Source: Oculina patagonica
Lineage: Eukaryota
Length of the DNA stretch: 64,000 nucleotides
NCBI RefSeq assembly: GCF_052425735.1
Contig: NC_135761.1
Span: 26,412,001 to 26,476,000 of the forward strand
Direction: 5' to 3'
The notes beneath the pieces are model-generated. The model was not told the origin of the DNA, ran no database searches, and saw nothing but the letters and a program-made list of their open reading frames with translations. The position numbers and the translations under genes were made by a program. Below, piece after piece: positions 13,880-28,169 of this stretch. The stretch's first letter is position 1; each line of letters opens with the position of its first letter.

Positions 13880-15970
13880 AGGCGCACGATGCATTCAATG
13901 CTCATATTGAGGACGAAAAAGAAAGAAGAACGATGTGTGAAGACTTTGAAGTTATTTCTTGCAAAAAAATGAAACTCTTCGAATAGTGGGCAAACAAATT
14001 AAATCCTTGGAACAAGAACGTAACTCAAATGGCTCAACTACATCGCGGTCGACCAAAACAAGCAAAGTCTCCAACAGGTTGAGCCACAAATCTTCTTGTG
14101 CTGGCTCCAGAAATTTGTCCTTGTCTTTGCAACAAAAGAGGGCCCAACTCGAAGGAGACATCACTTCTCTTAGAGCAAAAAGACAAATGGAACGAAGTGG
14201 AAGTCTATTGGTGAAAAATGGAAATTGTATGCGGAGTTGAAGATTTTAGAAGAGAGCTTTCGCATCAAACAGGAGTTAGCCCGAAAGGAAGCCCAGATTA
14301 TTGCGTCAATAAGGAATGAAAAGGAAGAAAGTTAAGGAAAGGAAAGGAAGGCCAGATGATTGCGTCAATAAGGAATGAAAAGGAAGATAGTTATCTCCTT
14401 TTGGATGAAATTATATTCAGACCTCTTACGGAGACTTGCTCAAACAAACAGATTTGAGAACAAAAAATTGGCATCCAAACTGCCAAGGTGGGCCAGCAAT
14501 CGATGGAGCTGCACTGCCTTTAACTGGAAGGAAGATAAAGGGACTTTTCCCACTTTTGTAAGTGAATTACGTGGTAAGAGAATCTGACACAGCCTGCAAC
14601 CCAACCTTGTCTTTACTGCCACCAAGCAACAACAACCTCTACAAAGGGAAAAGACCTGAAAGGCGGTGACAATTTCAAGAAGGACCTCTCTGGGTCAACA
14701 CTTTTATGACAAGCTCAACATGGAAAATTCCATAAAGTAAAGAAAAATCGGATAGCAAGAAATGTGCACTCTGCACATTGACACGTAACGAGTTTATGAA
14801 AAAACCGATAAGTGATAGGAAGGTTTTCGCTTTGACAAAGGGGCTTTGCTTTGGCTGCCTGGAGTATGGTCATCTATTAACAGAATACCCAAAAAGAAGC
14901 ATGTCCAATGTCTGTAAAAAATCACACCCGACCTCACTTCACAGTGGTTTTAAAGGTGCAAAGGAGAGCAAGGCGACATCAGCATGGCTAAAGATCCAAG
15001 TAAGCTGCCCTCATCATATAATCCTACAGCCTGTTTCGCAAGCAAAATCAAAGCACATTCGATGATTGTTACAGTCTGGCTTCACCATCGCAATGATCCA
15101 AGCAATGTATACCTCATGTATGTGCTTCTAGACGATCCAGTCCAACACCACGGTGTTGGACAGATCACTCGTGATAACCTTAGCATCTCAGGACCCGAAA
15201 TGAGCCTCCTTTTGTCAACGATGCATGCTTCCGATGAGCAAATCAAGAGTCAGAAAATAGAAGGTCTGGTCGTCAGGGTCTTCCACCAACAAGTTACACT
15301 GCAGCTACCAAAAGCGTTCTCCAGTCATCCCAGCTAAAATAGAACAGATACCAAGACCTGAGTCAGCTCTGCAGTGGTCTCATTCAAAGAAGATTGCAAC
15401 TCTTATTAGTTCCTATCGAGGTGACATCGAGGTTGGAATCCTGATAGCATCGGATTGCCCACAGGCAATTATGCCAATTGAAATATGACGTGACCTATCG
15501 CCGAGATTACACCAAATTCATGCAAGACATCATAGAAAGAGGATATGCTGAGAAGGTGCCACAGGAGGACAACACCTTGAAGATAGATGGCAGTGGTACA
15601 TACCCTACCACGGAGTCGTCTTTGATTCCAGTGCGACATACATGGGGCAGTCACCTTCTTCTGGTTGGTGTCCTTGGCCGATTTTGACAAGAGCCTTGTT
15701 TCACCAGTTTAAGGTACCTGACGAGGATCATGACTTCCTGAAATTTTACTGGTGGGAAAAAGCGATATTTCCAAACTTTTAATTGAGTATCCCATGACAG
15801 TGCATCTATTTGGAGCCATGTCGTCTACTGGGTGTGCCAACTTCGGGCTGAAGAGAGCTGCCAATGATTATGAAAGTGAGTGTGGAACCGAAGCAGCCGA
15901 GTTTATCAGGAAGAACTTCTAGGTAGACGATGGTTTAAAGTCTGTCACCACTGTTGCTGACGCTGTATCT
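13880..15970 (+). pseudogene. Second BEL/Pao gag-protease-RT remnant
   Basis: KLASKLPRWASNRW, KGLCFGCLEYGH...CKKSHPTSLH, MIVTVWLHH...YVLLDD, VHLFGAMSSTGCANFGL, NF*VDDGLKS. Confidence 0.8.
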
Positions 15971-16564
15971 TTGATTCAGAGTACGAAGGACACCTGCACA
16001 AGTATGCTCATTACAACAGCCACAGTTTAAATGTGTTGTTCAGAAATGGGGCATACTGCATACTGCTGGTCTTTTGACACCAAAGACTTGGTTATTTACT
16101 TGTCGGCAATCTTTGGGTTTGCACCGAAGTAATTGTTGAAAATCTTCGGAGATATCTGGTTCAAATGAATGAAAAGGACTTGTGACTTTTGAGGGGAAAT
16201 TCAAAAGAACTTGACAATGATGCTTAATTATGGTCCCGTATCCTTTTGATCTTTGAAGCGGTGTGTTCGCTGAAAACGTCTCACCTCACGTTTCCATCTC
16301 CTTCCATGTAAAAAACGTTTTGCGCAAGATTAGGAAAGGTCATAATGATTTATTATTGAGATGTGTTCTACAAGCTTGAAAATGAGCGATTAAACAAGAT
16401 TTTACGTTCAGTATTTCCAGAAAAACAATTTATTCGGTAAATTACAACGCAATTTACCACCGCCCGCTGTCGCCCCACAGGAACATGCCAGTCGTCACGT
16501 CTGATTGAGTTTCACTTACTTTTGCAAACTGGAAGTCGGAGTTGATTTGTCTATCATCAAACGA

Positions 16565-17110
16565 TTGCTAAGCTTTTCGCCTGATGGTGGATGAAGTCAC
16601 CGATATCTCCGTGGTAGAGCTGATATCTTTTATACAGTTTGCTAACCCAGAATCAGCTGCACCAAACTCAACATCAGCAAATGTGGCGACCATTTGGAAA
16701 CTAGTCAGAGAAAAATTGTCAAAAGATGGCTTGGAAATCAACAAGCTCAACAGTCTAGCCAGTGATGGGGCGAGTGTCATGACAGGCTCTCGCAATGGGG
16801 TGGCAGCCATCCTGAAGGAAACAGTGCAACCCTCATTAACATCCACTGTATCTGCAACCCTTGCCCTTGCTTGCAATGATGCAAATGGCAACCTGACCCC
16901 AATATCGCAAGTAGAAACTGTCCTTGGGCAGCTGTGGAGTTTCTTTGGAAACTCCGCAGCAAGGTCAGCAATTCACGTGCAAATTTCCTCTGAGATGAAG
17001 GAACTTGAAAGCATGTCTGAAAACAGCAAAGTAAAACTAGCAACAAAGGTACAGAAAGCATGCTGAACAAGATGGCAATCTCTGTTTAAGTCTGTAGAGA
17101 GTGTGTCGAA
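16565..17110 (+). pseudogene. hAT (ZNF862-like) transposase core fragment
   Basis: [44 protein letters not shown]. Confidence 0.8.
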
Positions 17111-17439
17111 ACTTGCCAGCCCTTCCTCAGACGGTTGCCAAATTATGATCTGCTTGGTATTATTTCCCCAATCACATCTGAAACAGCAGCAATACATGCA
17201 TTGATCTGCACTAATATCATTAAGTGGGAAGGGTTTATCAATAAAAATTTTTGCATGAATTATCCTGGGTTGTAGCCCAGCATAATTCTCAAAAAGCATG
17301 GACATGTATAGGAATTTGGTTCAAAATGTACATTAATTGTCAAGTTTTTATGTCCAATGATACACCTTGAACAATTTATCAAGTGCCAGTTACTGTCAGC
17401 GGTACTTAGTTTTGCACGTGACTTTTCTCCTTCTACTCT

Positions 17440-19476
17440 CATGATCTGCCATCTTGGTTCTGTTGTACCTCGCTGGTACTCCCTTCATGGAGGTAAATGA
17501 TATTGCGGTCCGCCCCGCTAAGCAAGAAGTGACCCTTGGCGATGGCACAACATACACATATGGATCTACCGCTCCAACAGAGGCCAACACCGCTGCTCAC
17601 TGAGCATTTGTACTCCGTGCCCCAACTCCATCACAAACGATCTGATCTGGAGAGTTCCTGGAAAGCCAGCTACCGGACGGTGCCCAAGCTGACTTGGAGT
17701 ATGCTATTGAACACCGAACAGATGCACCGAGTGCCCGAAAGCTCAAGCGTTGCAGGAAGAATACGCATTCCTAACACATCAACTGTGCCTCACACACTCA
17801 AACGTAATGAGCACTTCTGTCAGGCCAGTCCTGTATTTGAACCCACAGAGGAAGCCACATCAAGGCCACCTCACAATCTACTTCACCAGCCGTCCACAAT
17901 GCGTCATTCCTCCCCCACGCAGATTGACCCTGATAATCTCCTCCCGCAGAAGACAAGAGTCCAATTTCAGTCATTATTAAAAGGGTACGATGTGGTCTTT
18001 GACCCCAAGTTTAAGGGTTACAATGGTGCTGTGGGCCCCTACATGGCCAAGGTAAACATGGGCCCAGTTGAACCACCTCAGCGAAAGGGCCGCCTTCCTC
18101 AGTATGCACATGGGAAGCTTGTGGAGCTCCAAGAAAACTTTCAAGCTGGAGGAGCTTGGTGTGTTTAAGCGCCCTGAGGATATTGGCATCTCAGTGGAAT
18201 ACCTAAACCCATCGTTCTTAGTAAAAAACCCAACGGTGAATCTCGTCTTGTCACAGCCTTTGCAGATGTTGGACGTTAAAGCAATTCACAACCTGCCTTT
18301 CTGCCAGACATTGACTCAGCATTGCGCCATGTCACTCAGTGGAATCACATCATTGTCACCGATCTTACAAGTACATTCTACCAGATACCCCTGGCACGTG
18401 AGTCAATGAAGTATTGTGGTGTCGCCACCCCCTTCAAGGGAGTTTGTGTCTATGCACATTCTGCAATGGGTTGCCCGGCTCGAAACTGCACTTGAAGAGG
18501 TCATGTGCCGTGTAATTGGCCATTTGCTGCAGGAGGTGGTCGCCAAAAAGCAGACATTTGTACTGCGGCGGCAACAATCCACAGGAACTGTTCCAAAACT
18601 GGAAAAAGGTCGTCCAGGCTCTCTATAAGTGTAATCTTCGTTTGTCTGCATCCAAAAGGATCATCAACCCCAAGTCAACCACCACACTTGGATGGATTTG
18701 GAGTTCTGGTACCCTCACAGCCAGTTCCCACTGCGTCAATACCCTTGCTTCCTGCCCCGAACCAGACACAGTTGGCCGTATGTGGCCCTTCGTTGGGGCA
18801 TACAAGGTTTTTTCCCATGTGATGCCACAATGCTCCGCTTCCCATGTAATGCCACGATGCTCCGCTTACCTTGCCCCACTAGAAGATGCAACAGTCGGCT
18901 GTCAGACACAAGCCATTGTATGGACTGATGAGCTATGGAGCTCATTTCAAAATGCTCAGTGTGCTCTCTCTTTTTCCCGCACAATCACCTTACCCAGACC
19001 CGATGACCAATTGTGGATCGTAACAGACGGCACAGTAAGAGAACCTGGTTTAGGCGCCACCCTGTAGGTGACATGCAAAGGCAACTTACACCTAGCTGGC
19101 TTCTTCAGCGCTAAGCTTCGGGAGCACAGACAGCATGGCTACCGTGAGAAGTGGAAGCCCTCTCCATTGCAGCTGCGACAAAGCACTTTAGTACCTACAT
19201 TGTACAATCTTCTAAGAACACAGCATTCTCACTGACAGTGAGCCTTGTGTGCAAGCATATGAGAAGTTATGCCATGGTGAGTTCTCTGCAAGTCCTCGCG
19301 TCTCAACCTTGTTGTCTGTTGTCAACCAGTACCTATCCTCTGTCAGGCACGTCTCAGGTTCTGCAATTCTCCCATCTGACTTCCCAAGCCGGAACGCTCC
19401 CCCCCCCCCCCCCTGTGAGGAGGAATCCTGTCAGGTGTGCTCCTTCATCGTGCGTACCAAGGAATCTGTCGTCTGA
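17440..19476 (+). pseudogene. Gypsy pol fragment (RT, RNase H)
   Basis: [58 protein letters not shown]. Confidence 0.8.
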
Positions 19477-19769
19477 ATGTATGGAGTGGGGTCAATTAAC
19501 AGCATTTTTTCTTCCTTGCTTCCTTTTTTCTTTTAAAAAGGGGAGAGGTCCTAAAATAAATAAAACTTTTTACTTGAGGATAATATGAATAATTCGATTC
19601 GGAAGATTTCAGTCTTACAGTGAAGTAACCAGAATTTTTTTTGCGGGAAACTGAGAAACTAGAAAACTTCATAAGAACTGAGGTACCTTCAAAGTCACCC
19701 TGTCTGGTTTATGCTGAGGTCAACCAGAGTCTAACAATATAGCACAGGTGTTAAGATAAGATAAAAATT

Positions 19770-20090
19770 TTATTGAACACTCCTAAAGAGGTTTTTGAGT
19801 GAACAATACATGAAGTTGAATAAAATGTAAAATTTAAAATATGTACACCAGTTATATATTATAAAAATAAAAATAAAATGAAAGAAATAAGAAAAAAAAA
19901 ATTAATTTTAAAACTCTCTGAGAAGCTTAGTCTTCAGAGTTTTCTTAGAAATTGTATGACTCTTGCATAGTTTTAAGTCCTTGTCTAAAGAGTTCCATAG
20001 CTTTACTATTCTGTAATAAAATGACTTCTGGCCAGCAGTGGTTTTGCACAGGGGAATATTCAGGTGTTTGCGATTCTTGTTCATTGCGAA
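19770..20090 (-). mobile_element. CR1/L2 LINE 3' end
   Basis: KHLNIPLCKTTAGQKSFYYRIVKLWNSL followed by an AT-rich UTR and AATAAA on the minus strand. Confidence 0.75.
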
Positions 20091-20108
20091 TATGTTCATT
20101 GCGAATGA

Positions 20109-20324
20109 ATGCCAGGAGTTAATCACTCCATCTTCACTTCTTCATTAGTTACTTTGGTGGCAGTGTATTATGTATTCAACTTAGAGTACGAGCAGAAACG
20201 TAAACATTTCTTTACCTTAGTTGAAAAGCACGTGCTTGGGATAGTTTCCAAAAGAAAACAGTACCTCTTAAGACAACTTGAAAATAGACTGCTCAGCAAA
20301 ATGAACAAGGTCAGTAATGAGTAG
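20109..20324 (+). pseudogene. SAMD3-like C-terminal fragment of the type associated with EnSpm/CACTA elements
   Basis: LVTLVAVYYVFNLEYEQKRKHFFTLVEKHVLGI. Confidence 0.4.
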
Positions 20325-20739
20325 TTGGCCAGTCAAACAACATTTTGCTACACCTTCAAGCATGTTTTAGTTGGATGCCTTTGGTGGCACTGTATTACTC
20401 ATTTAACTTGAAGTACCAGGAGAAGTGTAAACACCTCTTTGCCATATTTAAATAGCATGTGCAAACGTTGTATAGTTAGAATTATAACATATTGTCATAT
20501 GAAGTAGTTTTCTAGGGTATCCCAGAATCATTGGCGGTGAGGTTAAACGCATGGCTAAGATCTAGTGTGTGTTTATTAATTCGCCTCTTCAAACGTTTCA
20601 AGTTTTCATGGCGGAAAGCATCGTGTCAGAAGTGAACAAAGCCAAGATGAGACAGATGAGAAATTCCATAAACCAGGAGATTGAAGATTCAAGAGAGTTA
20701 AAGATTCAAGGTTTGAAAAAAATATCTTGAAACCAGATG

Positions 20740-21555
20740 GTGGCATGCAAAACCCTCATTCCCGCAGCTGCGCCTTATGTTCCAAGGCACATGATCTGGA
20801 TGAATGTGCCGAGTTTTTGAAGAAACCCTTAACAGAGTGAAGGAACTTTGTTAAAGAGAAAGGTTAATGTTTTGGTTGTTACAGCTCTGAGCACATTGCA
20901 AAGCTCTGCAAGAGTAGAAAGTTCTGTCAGACTTGTAGTAGGAAACATCCGACATTTCCTCATGATCCCAATTGGAAACAAGACGCAGCGACAATTGAAG
21001 CTCAGAGTGGCGAAAGCAAAGTACAGGAGATTGATAGAAGGATGATGGCCGAATGACCAATGCTTGTAAAACCATTTGTAATGTGACAGAGGACGGTGAT
21101 ATCCCTGTGAACATGGGCATAGTCCCCATCTGGCTGTACCATAAGGACAATCCCGAATGCTTTCCTTCACAATGCAAGTGGTGGAACTTTCACTAAAGAA
21201 GAGTCGTTGGAAGAGCTTGGCGTTAAGGGAACTGAGACTAAACTATTGCTAACCACCATGCATGGCACACAAGAAATTGACACCAAGGTAGTCGACCGAT
21301 TGGCGGCAGCTCACTTTAGTGAAAATGATGTACGTCTAGACATTGCCAGAGCTATGTTAGGCAACACATTCCAGCAGACCGAGATGAAATCCCTAGAACA
21401 GCTAGTGGATGGCCACATTTGCAAAGAGTCGACCAGCACATACAACCGCACATGGAAAATGTAGAGGCTCCTGATTGGACTTAATTGCCCTAGTGCAGTA
21501 CGGCCAAGGTATATCATTCATGGAAAACAGAACGATCCATATGCTGTATGGTCAC
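20740..21555 (+). pseudogene. BEL/Pao gag Zn knuckles and protease fragment
   Basis: CALCSKAHDLDEC, CFGCYSSEHIAK, CRKHPTFLH, MGIVPIWLYH, LLLTTMHG, LIGLNCP. Confidence 0.75.
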
Positions 21556-21838
21556 ACGTGATTTTGCATTCCCTCTCATTGTTCGAGTAGTTTTGTACAA
21601 TGTGTGTGAAGATTGATATTAAATCGATGTGGAACCCAAGGAACCTCTGAATCCTTTTACGAAACCAGCAAAAAGGCCCTATAGCGCTGCCTTCTCTCAC
21701 ATGGTCACTTCGAGACAGATTATTCTTGTGGTGATATTCCTTGTGTTTATAATTCTTCAACCAGATAATTCTTATTCACACGCACATGCTCTGGATATTT
21801 CTTCTTTCTTCGGGTTGACTATCTATCAAGTTGATGTG

Positions 21839-23960
21839 ATGCCACCCAAAGGGAAACTTTCAAGGAAAAAGGCTACCCATGAAGGACACAAAACCGCTGT
21901 TAAACACATCGCTTATGATGATCACGAGCAATTGGATGACTTGGACGAGAACAAACATGTGTCGAAGCTTCGCCAGCAAAGGGAGTCTTTGCGCGCCAAA
22001 GACGAAGAAATCCTCTCAAATGTAAAAGAGGAGATCAAGCAGATCTTGTAAATGAATTGATCCAACTTACAATTGCAAAGATTGGAGATTTTCTGGAAAC
22101 TTCGAGACCCCAAATGAAGAGCGTGGATGCGTCAAAACACAAGCACCGGTAATCCCTCTTGTATCAGTTCATCCTACTGATGTTAGACCCTCAACTAACT
22201 CTGTTGAGTCTCCGGTAAGCCTTGATGTTTCTGCGGAACTTGTTCCTGGAAATTTTGAACCCTTAAATCACTCTGTCCAACTTCCAAAGGATTCAACCTA
22301 ACGATGTTTGTTTTAAATTGCCCTAAACTAACAAACAGAATCCATTGTAATGAAACCAGAAAGTCTAGTAGTGGTGCTTTTTGTACAGTTGCTAAACCTG
22401 GGTATGCACAGTCACCCCAAGCTCTTCTGGAAAGAAATGTTGTGTCAGAAGATAACTAGATTTATGCTAAGAGAATGCTTGGTGGAGGAAGAGACCAGCA
22501 GCTCAGAAGAAAGGGTGTTTGGACTACGCTGGAACCCCTTGAAGGATGTATTCATCTTTGATTTGACCGAAATAGCGAACTTTGAAAGAGACTTGGAACC
22601 CACTAAGGCTGCACTCATTATGTATCCTACAGGGGGGGGGGGGGGGGAGGCAGAGGATTTTAGGGAGGTTTTCAAATTTTTAGAGCAAAAAAGGGGGATA
22701 TGAAAATTGTTTGAATATCTCCTGGGGAGCGCTTTTTTGGTAAGATTCTGTGTAGCTTTTGTAATAGTTTTAAAAAGTGAAAAAATAAATGATAAGTACA
22801 GCAGCTTCTTTCAAGGATTGTAAGCAACAAGGGCACCTCTATTATTCTGAGAGACTATAGTACCTATTTTGAAGTTTTTCAAGTAGTGTCCCTGGCCTGT
22901 AGATGTAATGCTTCGATACAGTATAGAAAGTAAAACATCTAAAATTGAAACATTTAATGCAACCTTAGTCTAAGCAGTGCAACTTTATTGAATCAATGAA
23001 TGCAAAAGAAAACAATGTAATTCAGTGCACAGTTTTGAATTGAACAACTTGAACAACAAATGTGCACTTAAATGTTCAATGAATTTCCTGTACCAGTTTG
23101 AAAGGGGTCCACATGCACCCTGAGTGCACCCCCTGCTATATCTGCCACTTGTCAAGACAACAAATAATTAAGCCATCAAGTTTAAAAAAAGAAAAAGATA
23201 TGACCATAAAATGTAGAACATTGTCATTTTCACTCATCTTTGTCATTATCCTCAACACTGTCAATCTCATCAGTCACCAACATCATTGTCACCAGCAACA
23301 TTGTTATCCTCATCATTGTCATCCTCATCATTTTTGTGATCATGATCATAAATATCCTCCGCATCATCATCCTCCAGTGCAGCTACAACATCCTTTGCTT
23401 TTATCCTGTGAATAGTAGACTCAACAGCATCAAGAGCATTGCCATAAAATGTCTTTGCCTCTGAGGTGCAAAAGTTAGGGTTAGGGTTAGGGAATCAATA
23501 GATAGTGGAGAATCTGTTGATCTGAAGAAGCATAAATCCTTAAAATCCACTCTTCTGGATAAGCCCTCGGAGCTCAAATGCTTGGATGGAGAGGTTCTTG
23601 AAGATCTGCTCAATGAGTCAAAAATCGATGAAGAGGTGAATGAAAGCTGTGAATTCACCAGTGCAATACAGGCGTGTATTGTCGACCTGGAAATAGCCTA
23701 AAGTTCAGAAATAGATCAAGGAAAGATCTGCTGAATAATCTGCTGAAGCTGGTTTGAAAAACACTCAAAAAGGGATGTATGCGAGTGTTTCCTCAGTTCG
23801 CAGCCACGCCAAACTACCAAACTTGAAAAGAAGAAGTTCTACGGGAATCAGATCGACTGGTATCTGGTCTGGGAGTGCTTTAAATCAGCTGTCGAAACAC
23901 AGGTCTGTCTGGAATAGATACGTTCAATTCTATTTCGTCACCACTGCTACAGGGATCCCA
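21839..23960 (+). pseudogene. Scattered BEL/Pao gag and RT pieces interrupted by other repeats
   Basis: MPPKGKLSRKKATH...LRAKDEEIL; EERVFGLRWNPLKDVFIFDL; HAKLPNL...W.SGSAL. Confidence 0.55.
23240..23395. repeat. Degenerate (CAT)n microsatellite
   Basis: catcattgtc/atcctcatca runs. Confidence 0.7.
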
Positions 23961-24279
23961 TGAGATTGCATCCGGCATGCGCCTGTCAGTGCTTATCGCT
24001 TCGTACGTCAGTAAGCAGCAAAAATTTTTGCTGAATGAAATTCTGTAAAATTCCTTTTGCACTCGCTTCAGTTACGCTATTTGAAAGAAGAAATCGCCTA
24101 CTGGAGGAATATGAGTGCTGACAACGAGGAAAAACAGATTCAAGTACCAACTTGGTCAGGATTGAAGAGAAAAACAGATCGGCCGAAATGGCGAGCATTC
24201 TGTAAGGCTTACAGAGCTCACTCACACACCTGGGCGAGGTTTTCGAAATTCCAAACCTAAGCTTTCAATAGTCTCAAAG

Positions 24280-25385
24280 ATGACCACCCCCAAAACCGAC
24301 CCAGACAAAGAGGATGAGGAAGTTGATTTGCATAAGACGTTCAATTCACTCAACATAACCGTGGTTACAAATCAATTACTTGACTCAAGCAACGGCCAAA
24401 GTTCAAAGTCCGCTCCTCCCTCTTCACACTCTGACTCAGAGCCAACAAACGACCTTCTACACAGCCTGACCCAGGCCTAATTGTCAACTAGCAAAAACTC
24501 CCCTGATATTGAGGGGAAAATTGCCACACTTGTCGACAATATTCTGACAGGAGAACTGTCGCAAGACTCAGTGGAGGAGGCGAGAAATATCCGCCACCTG
24601 CAAACTGCAAATATCTCACACCAACCCTGGTGAACGGAGAAATCTGGGATTTATCAAGTAGAAAGAACAGGTCAGTTGATCTGGTTTCCAACATGTACAG
24701 GAACCGGTTATTTATGGGTTATTCACTCTCAATACTAACCGACCGGCTATTCAAAGATGTCATGGATAGTACTGTTCTATTTGAGCACGCGACCTGGAAG
24801 TTAGACATGAAATACTAGGCTGTGTAAAGAGGCAACGATATATCCAAACGCGTCAAAGAAATGTCTGAAGGAAGTAGTTAGTATAGTTTCATCTCAAATA
24901 TTTTTATTAGCCCAAAAAAGGATGGTACTCACAGGATGATACTCAATTTGAAACCACTCAATGAATTTGTTGATTACCACCATTTTAAAATGGATACATT
25001 TCGAACTGTCCTCAAGCTCATCCGACCTGGTTGCTTTATGGCATCTGTAGATCTCAAAGATGCCTATTATTCCATCCCCATAGCAGAGGAGGACAGGAAG
25101 TTCCTTATGTTTGAATAGAAAGGGAAATACTACTAATTCACATGCCCACCTGATGGCTTGTCATCTGTCCCAAGGATTTTCACGAAAATCCTCAAACCAG
25201 TTTATGCACATCTACGTTCTAATGGGCATACATGTATGGGGCATATCGATGATTCCCTTCTTATTGGTCAGACCTTTCTCTTGTGTCAACAAAATGTAAT
25301 GGATACTGTCACTTTGTTTACCAAGCTTGGCTTCACTGTACACACTGTGAAGTCTGTACTCCAACTCCAAAAAAAAATAGATTGA
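24280..25385 (+). pseudogene. DIRS1-like gag and RT fragment
   Basis: KYPPPANCKYLTPTLVNGEIW; HRMILNLKPLNEFVDYHHFKMDT, ASVDLKDAYYSIPI, PRIFTKILKP, GHIDDSLL. Confidence 0.85.
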
Positions 25386-26072
25386 TTTAACTCCACTTCA
25401 CTTCAAAGCTAGAAAAACCTTCAATTTGGCGTTATTGTATAATGTGTTTTTGTCAGCTATCCTTTTTTTTTAAATGGCTCCGAACTTTTGGACTTGGCGA
25501 CCACTTTGGCAAGCACTTTCGGGTTTTGGGAAGAATGCTCCTTGCAAATTCAGGAAAATAACTCTTGTTGATTTTGAAGATGTGGTTGCAAATCTGAAAA
25601 TCTAACTTTGGCACTTTCGTAAGTATTTGTCTTCCACTGCAAAATAAAAACCGTCTTTTTTATTGAGAAACCAGATGAGATCATTAACTGGCAATATCAA
25701 ACAATTATGCATTCGAGAGATATACAGAAAGGTTTTAATTGCCCACTACATTCTTCAGTGAATGGCAATATTAAAACAATATTAGTGAACCAAAAACTTT
25801 TTTGCCACAAAAAACAGCACTGCAAGTTTGATTTACTGAGTAGCCATGGACAGCTGATTTTGGTCTTCTTAGTACTTGGGCTTAGGCATCCTATATGAAG
25901 ATTTATTAGATATATTTATTTGCTACGGCTATGAAATGGACTCTAAAATAGTAAGAGTAAGATACAACACATAAATATCCTTTGGTAGCACATCCTACAA
26001 GCTTCGCATTTTCATCTTTTACTTTAAGTCCTGTATTTTACAGTTGAATGTTCTTCAAACATTAATACCGTT

Positions 26073-26075
26073 ATC

Positions 26076-26109
<34 letters not shown>

Positions 26110-26233
26110 TGAATTTTTTTTTTTCAGGCTTCTTTATTCCAGTTGCTTAAATTGGAATTTCACTGCGACGATCATTTATCACTCTCATATACATCCGCAG
26201 TTCATATATGAATCATTTCATATACATTACATT
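26073..26233 (+). mobile_element. 5'-truncated tRNA-derived SINE with 16-bp TSD
   Basis: B-box ggttcgaatccc; tacat-repeat tail; flanked by aaacattaataccgtt at 26057-26072 and 26234-26249. Confidence 0.85.
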
Positions 26234-26559
26234 AAACATTAATACCGTTTCACTGCTACTGTTTTAGGTGTGGTCATAACGACTAAATTTGGGAAGAAAT
26301 CAAGTAAGAGCATGTTGTTCCTTACATCAACTGATTTATAAGTGAGGGCTATGTTGTTGAATATGAAGCACTATAACAGGAAATTTACTTGCTGCTACTG
26401 TACAGCGAGAGGAGAACACATGAAAAACTGCCCTTTGCATGGTATATGGCCATTGGATGATTCTATCAGTTAACACAATAAAGACTGCTTGAGATCTAGT
26501 ATCAAGAAAATAGGTCAAAGAAATCTTGTCTGTGTATGCCAATATGGCTAATTTTTGAG

Positions 26560-26920
26560 TACGAGAGTGACGAAGCTTCCTTGTACTGAAAGACTTCCTT
26601 TTGGAAACAGATCCAGAGGCGAGCAGTCAGACGCATGCGATCAGAGAAGAATTGGATGATGTGGAATTTCTGCTAGAAAGCTTTACTTTTAAAGTGGGAA
26701 AAGGTCTGCCACAAGTGTCAGCAATAAGCTTGAGGATTTGACACCCAAAGCGGAAGGCCAGCCCCCAAGGGGTGTAAGCAGCCTTTTTTTTATTTTGTTA
26801 GGTTTTTAGATTTAGATTTATTATTAATTGTTATTTAGAATTTAATGTAGGTCCACATCAGCTTTTAGCTGCCTGTATTTTAGACCTACTTATTAAATAA
26901 AGTATGTATGTATGTATGTA
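26560..26920 (+). mobile_element. CR1/L2-type LINE 3' tail
   Basis: Stem-like gtaggtc...gacctac, AATAAA and (gtat)n terminal microsatellite. Confidence 0.55.
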
Positions 26921-28169
26921 AAACTAGAACTTAAGGCTGGAACATGAACTAACATGAGCCAAAGGTCCCAGATGACACAAAAGGCATAATCCGAGATGGT
27001 GGCTCCTACGTACTTCTGTGCATGGCAACACGCAGCAGCAAGACCGGAGTGCGGTCCAAAGAACGACCCTTCCTTCTGAAAATATTGCAAACCGACCCAG
27101 CGGTTCAGAGCATCTCAAGGCTTTCGAAGATTCACTCGGGGACCCAATTCTTTTGGCAATTTCTGACGAATTGGCGGATCCAGTGCAGCAACTACTGGAA
27201 CCCGGATTGTTCTGGAAAAGGACCAGGAGAACATGCTTGGCACATCCAGTGACCCTAAAATAATATTTAAAACTAACAACCAGAAGAAACCCCAACTCAC
27301 TAACATCACCTTTCCACGATGCTCAGCCACAAACTTTAGAATAATATGTATACGCTCATCAAAGAAGGTGATTTACCATTAATGTCAGATGTCATGAATT
27401 ACATATCATACAGCACGTAAGTCCCAGAGCTGAGGGTTTTGGGGACAGTTCACAATAATTTATTTAACCATATATTTTATTGAGTTAACGTTTGACTCAG
27501 GGAGCAAAAGAGTTAAAACTAACCTTTTTTACAAATGTCATTCAGTCAAAGTTTTTAAAATAATTACAATGCTTCTCTCATATGTTTTTTTACAAGGAAA
27601 GTTTGAACAAGATTTCAGCCCCCTGCAACCGTGGCACAAATAACTTTAAAAATTAACAACAAATGCACTGAAGCTCGGCGCCCCAAATGCTTGCCAGTGG
27701 ACATGTCATCAGCTGAGTAAAGAGAAGATGACCAGCAGCTGGCAGTATTTCTCACTTAAGCAATTCTCATATTTTAGTAATGTATTTCTTTCTTGTGACC
27801 TAAAGGTGGCCAAAAGGACAGTTGCAAAGAAAGGCACAATTTGTTTCAATAAGATTGTACAGTTGATCATGATTTAAATTTCCGTTACCCAATTTGTTAC
27901 CCAACTCTAAGGGACTCTGATGTATGATTACATGTATTTACAAAAATAATTGGTGCCTAACGTTTTAAAGTATTTATTAAAAGTTTGATGATGTAGCCAA
28001 TTCTGTGGTCATGTATTATTTCTTTAATTTGGAACTTATATTTTCTAAGTTTAGGTCATGGCAGTTGCTTATTATGTCAGATTCATATTAAAATAAGGTC
28101 ACATGACTTGTCAAAGTAAAACCTTTATTGCAATAAAAGCGTTTTTACTAATTTCTTCTCTGTTTTCTC

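Noticed and set aside
23098-23464. His-rich or hydrophobic ORFs
   Set aside because: They are translations of a (CAT)n microsatellite.
26073-26110. Functional tRNA gene
   Set aside because: Only the B-box/T-arm is present; the 5' half is missing and the TSD and tail mark it as a SINE.
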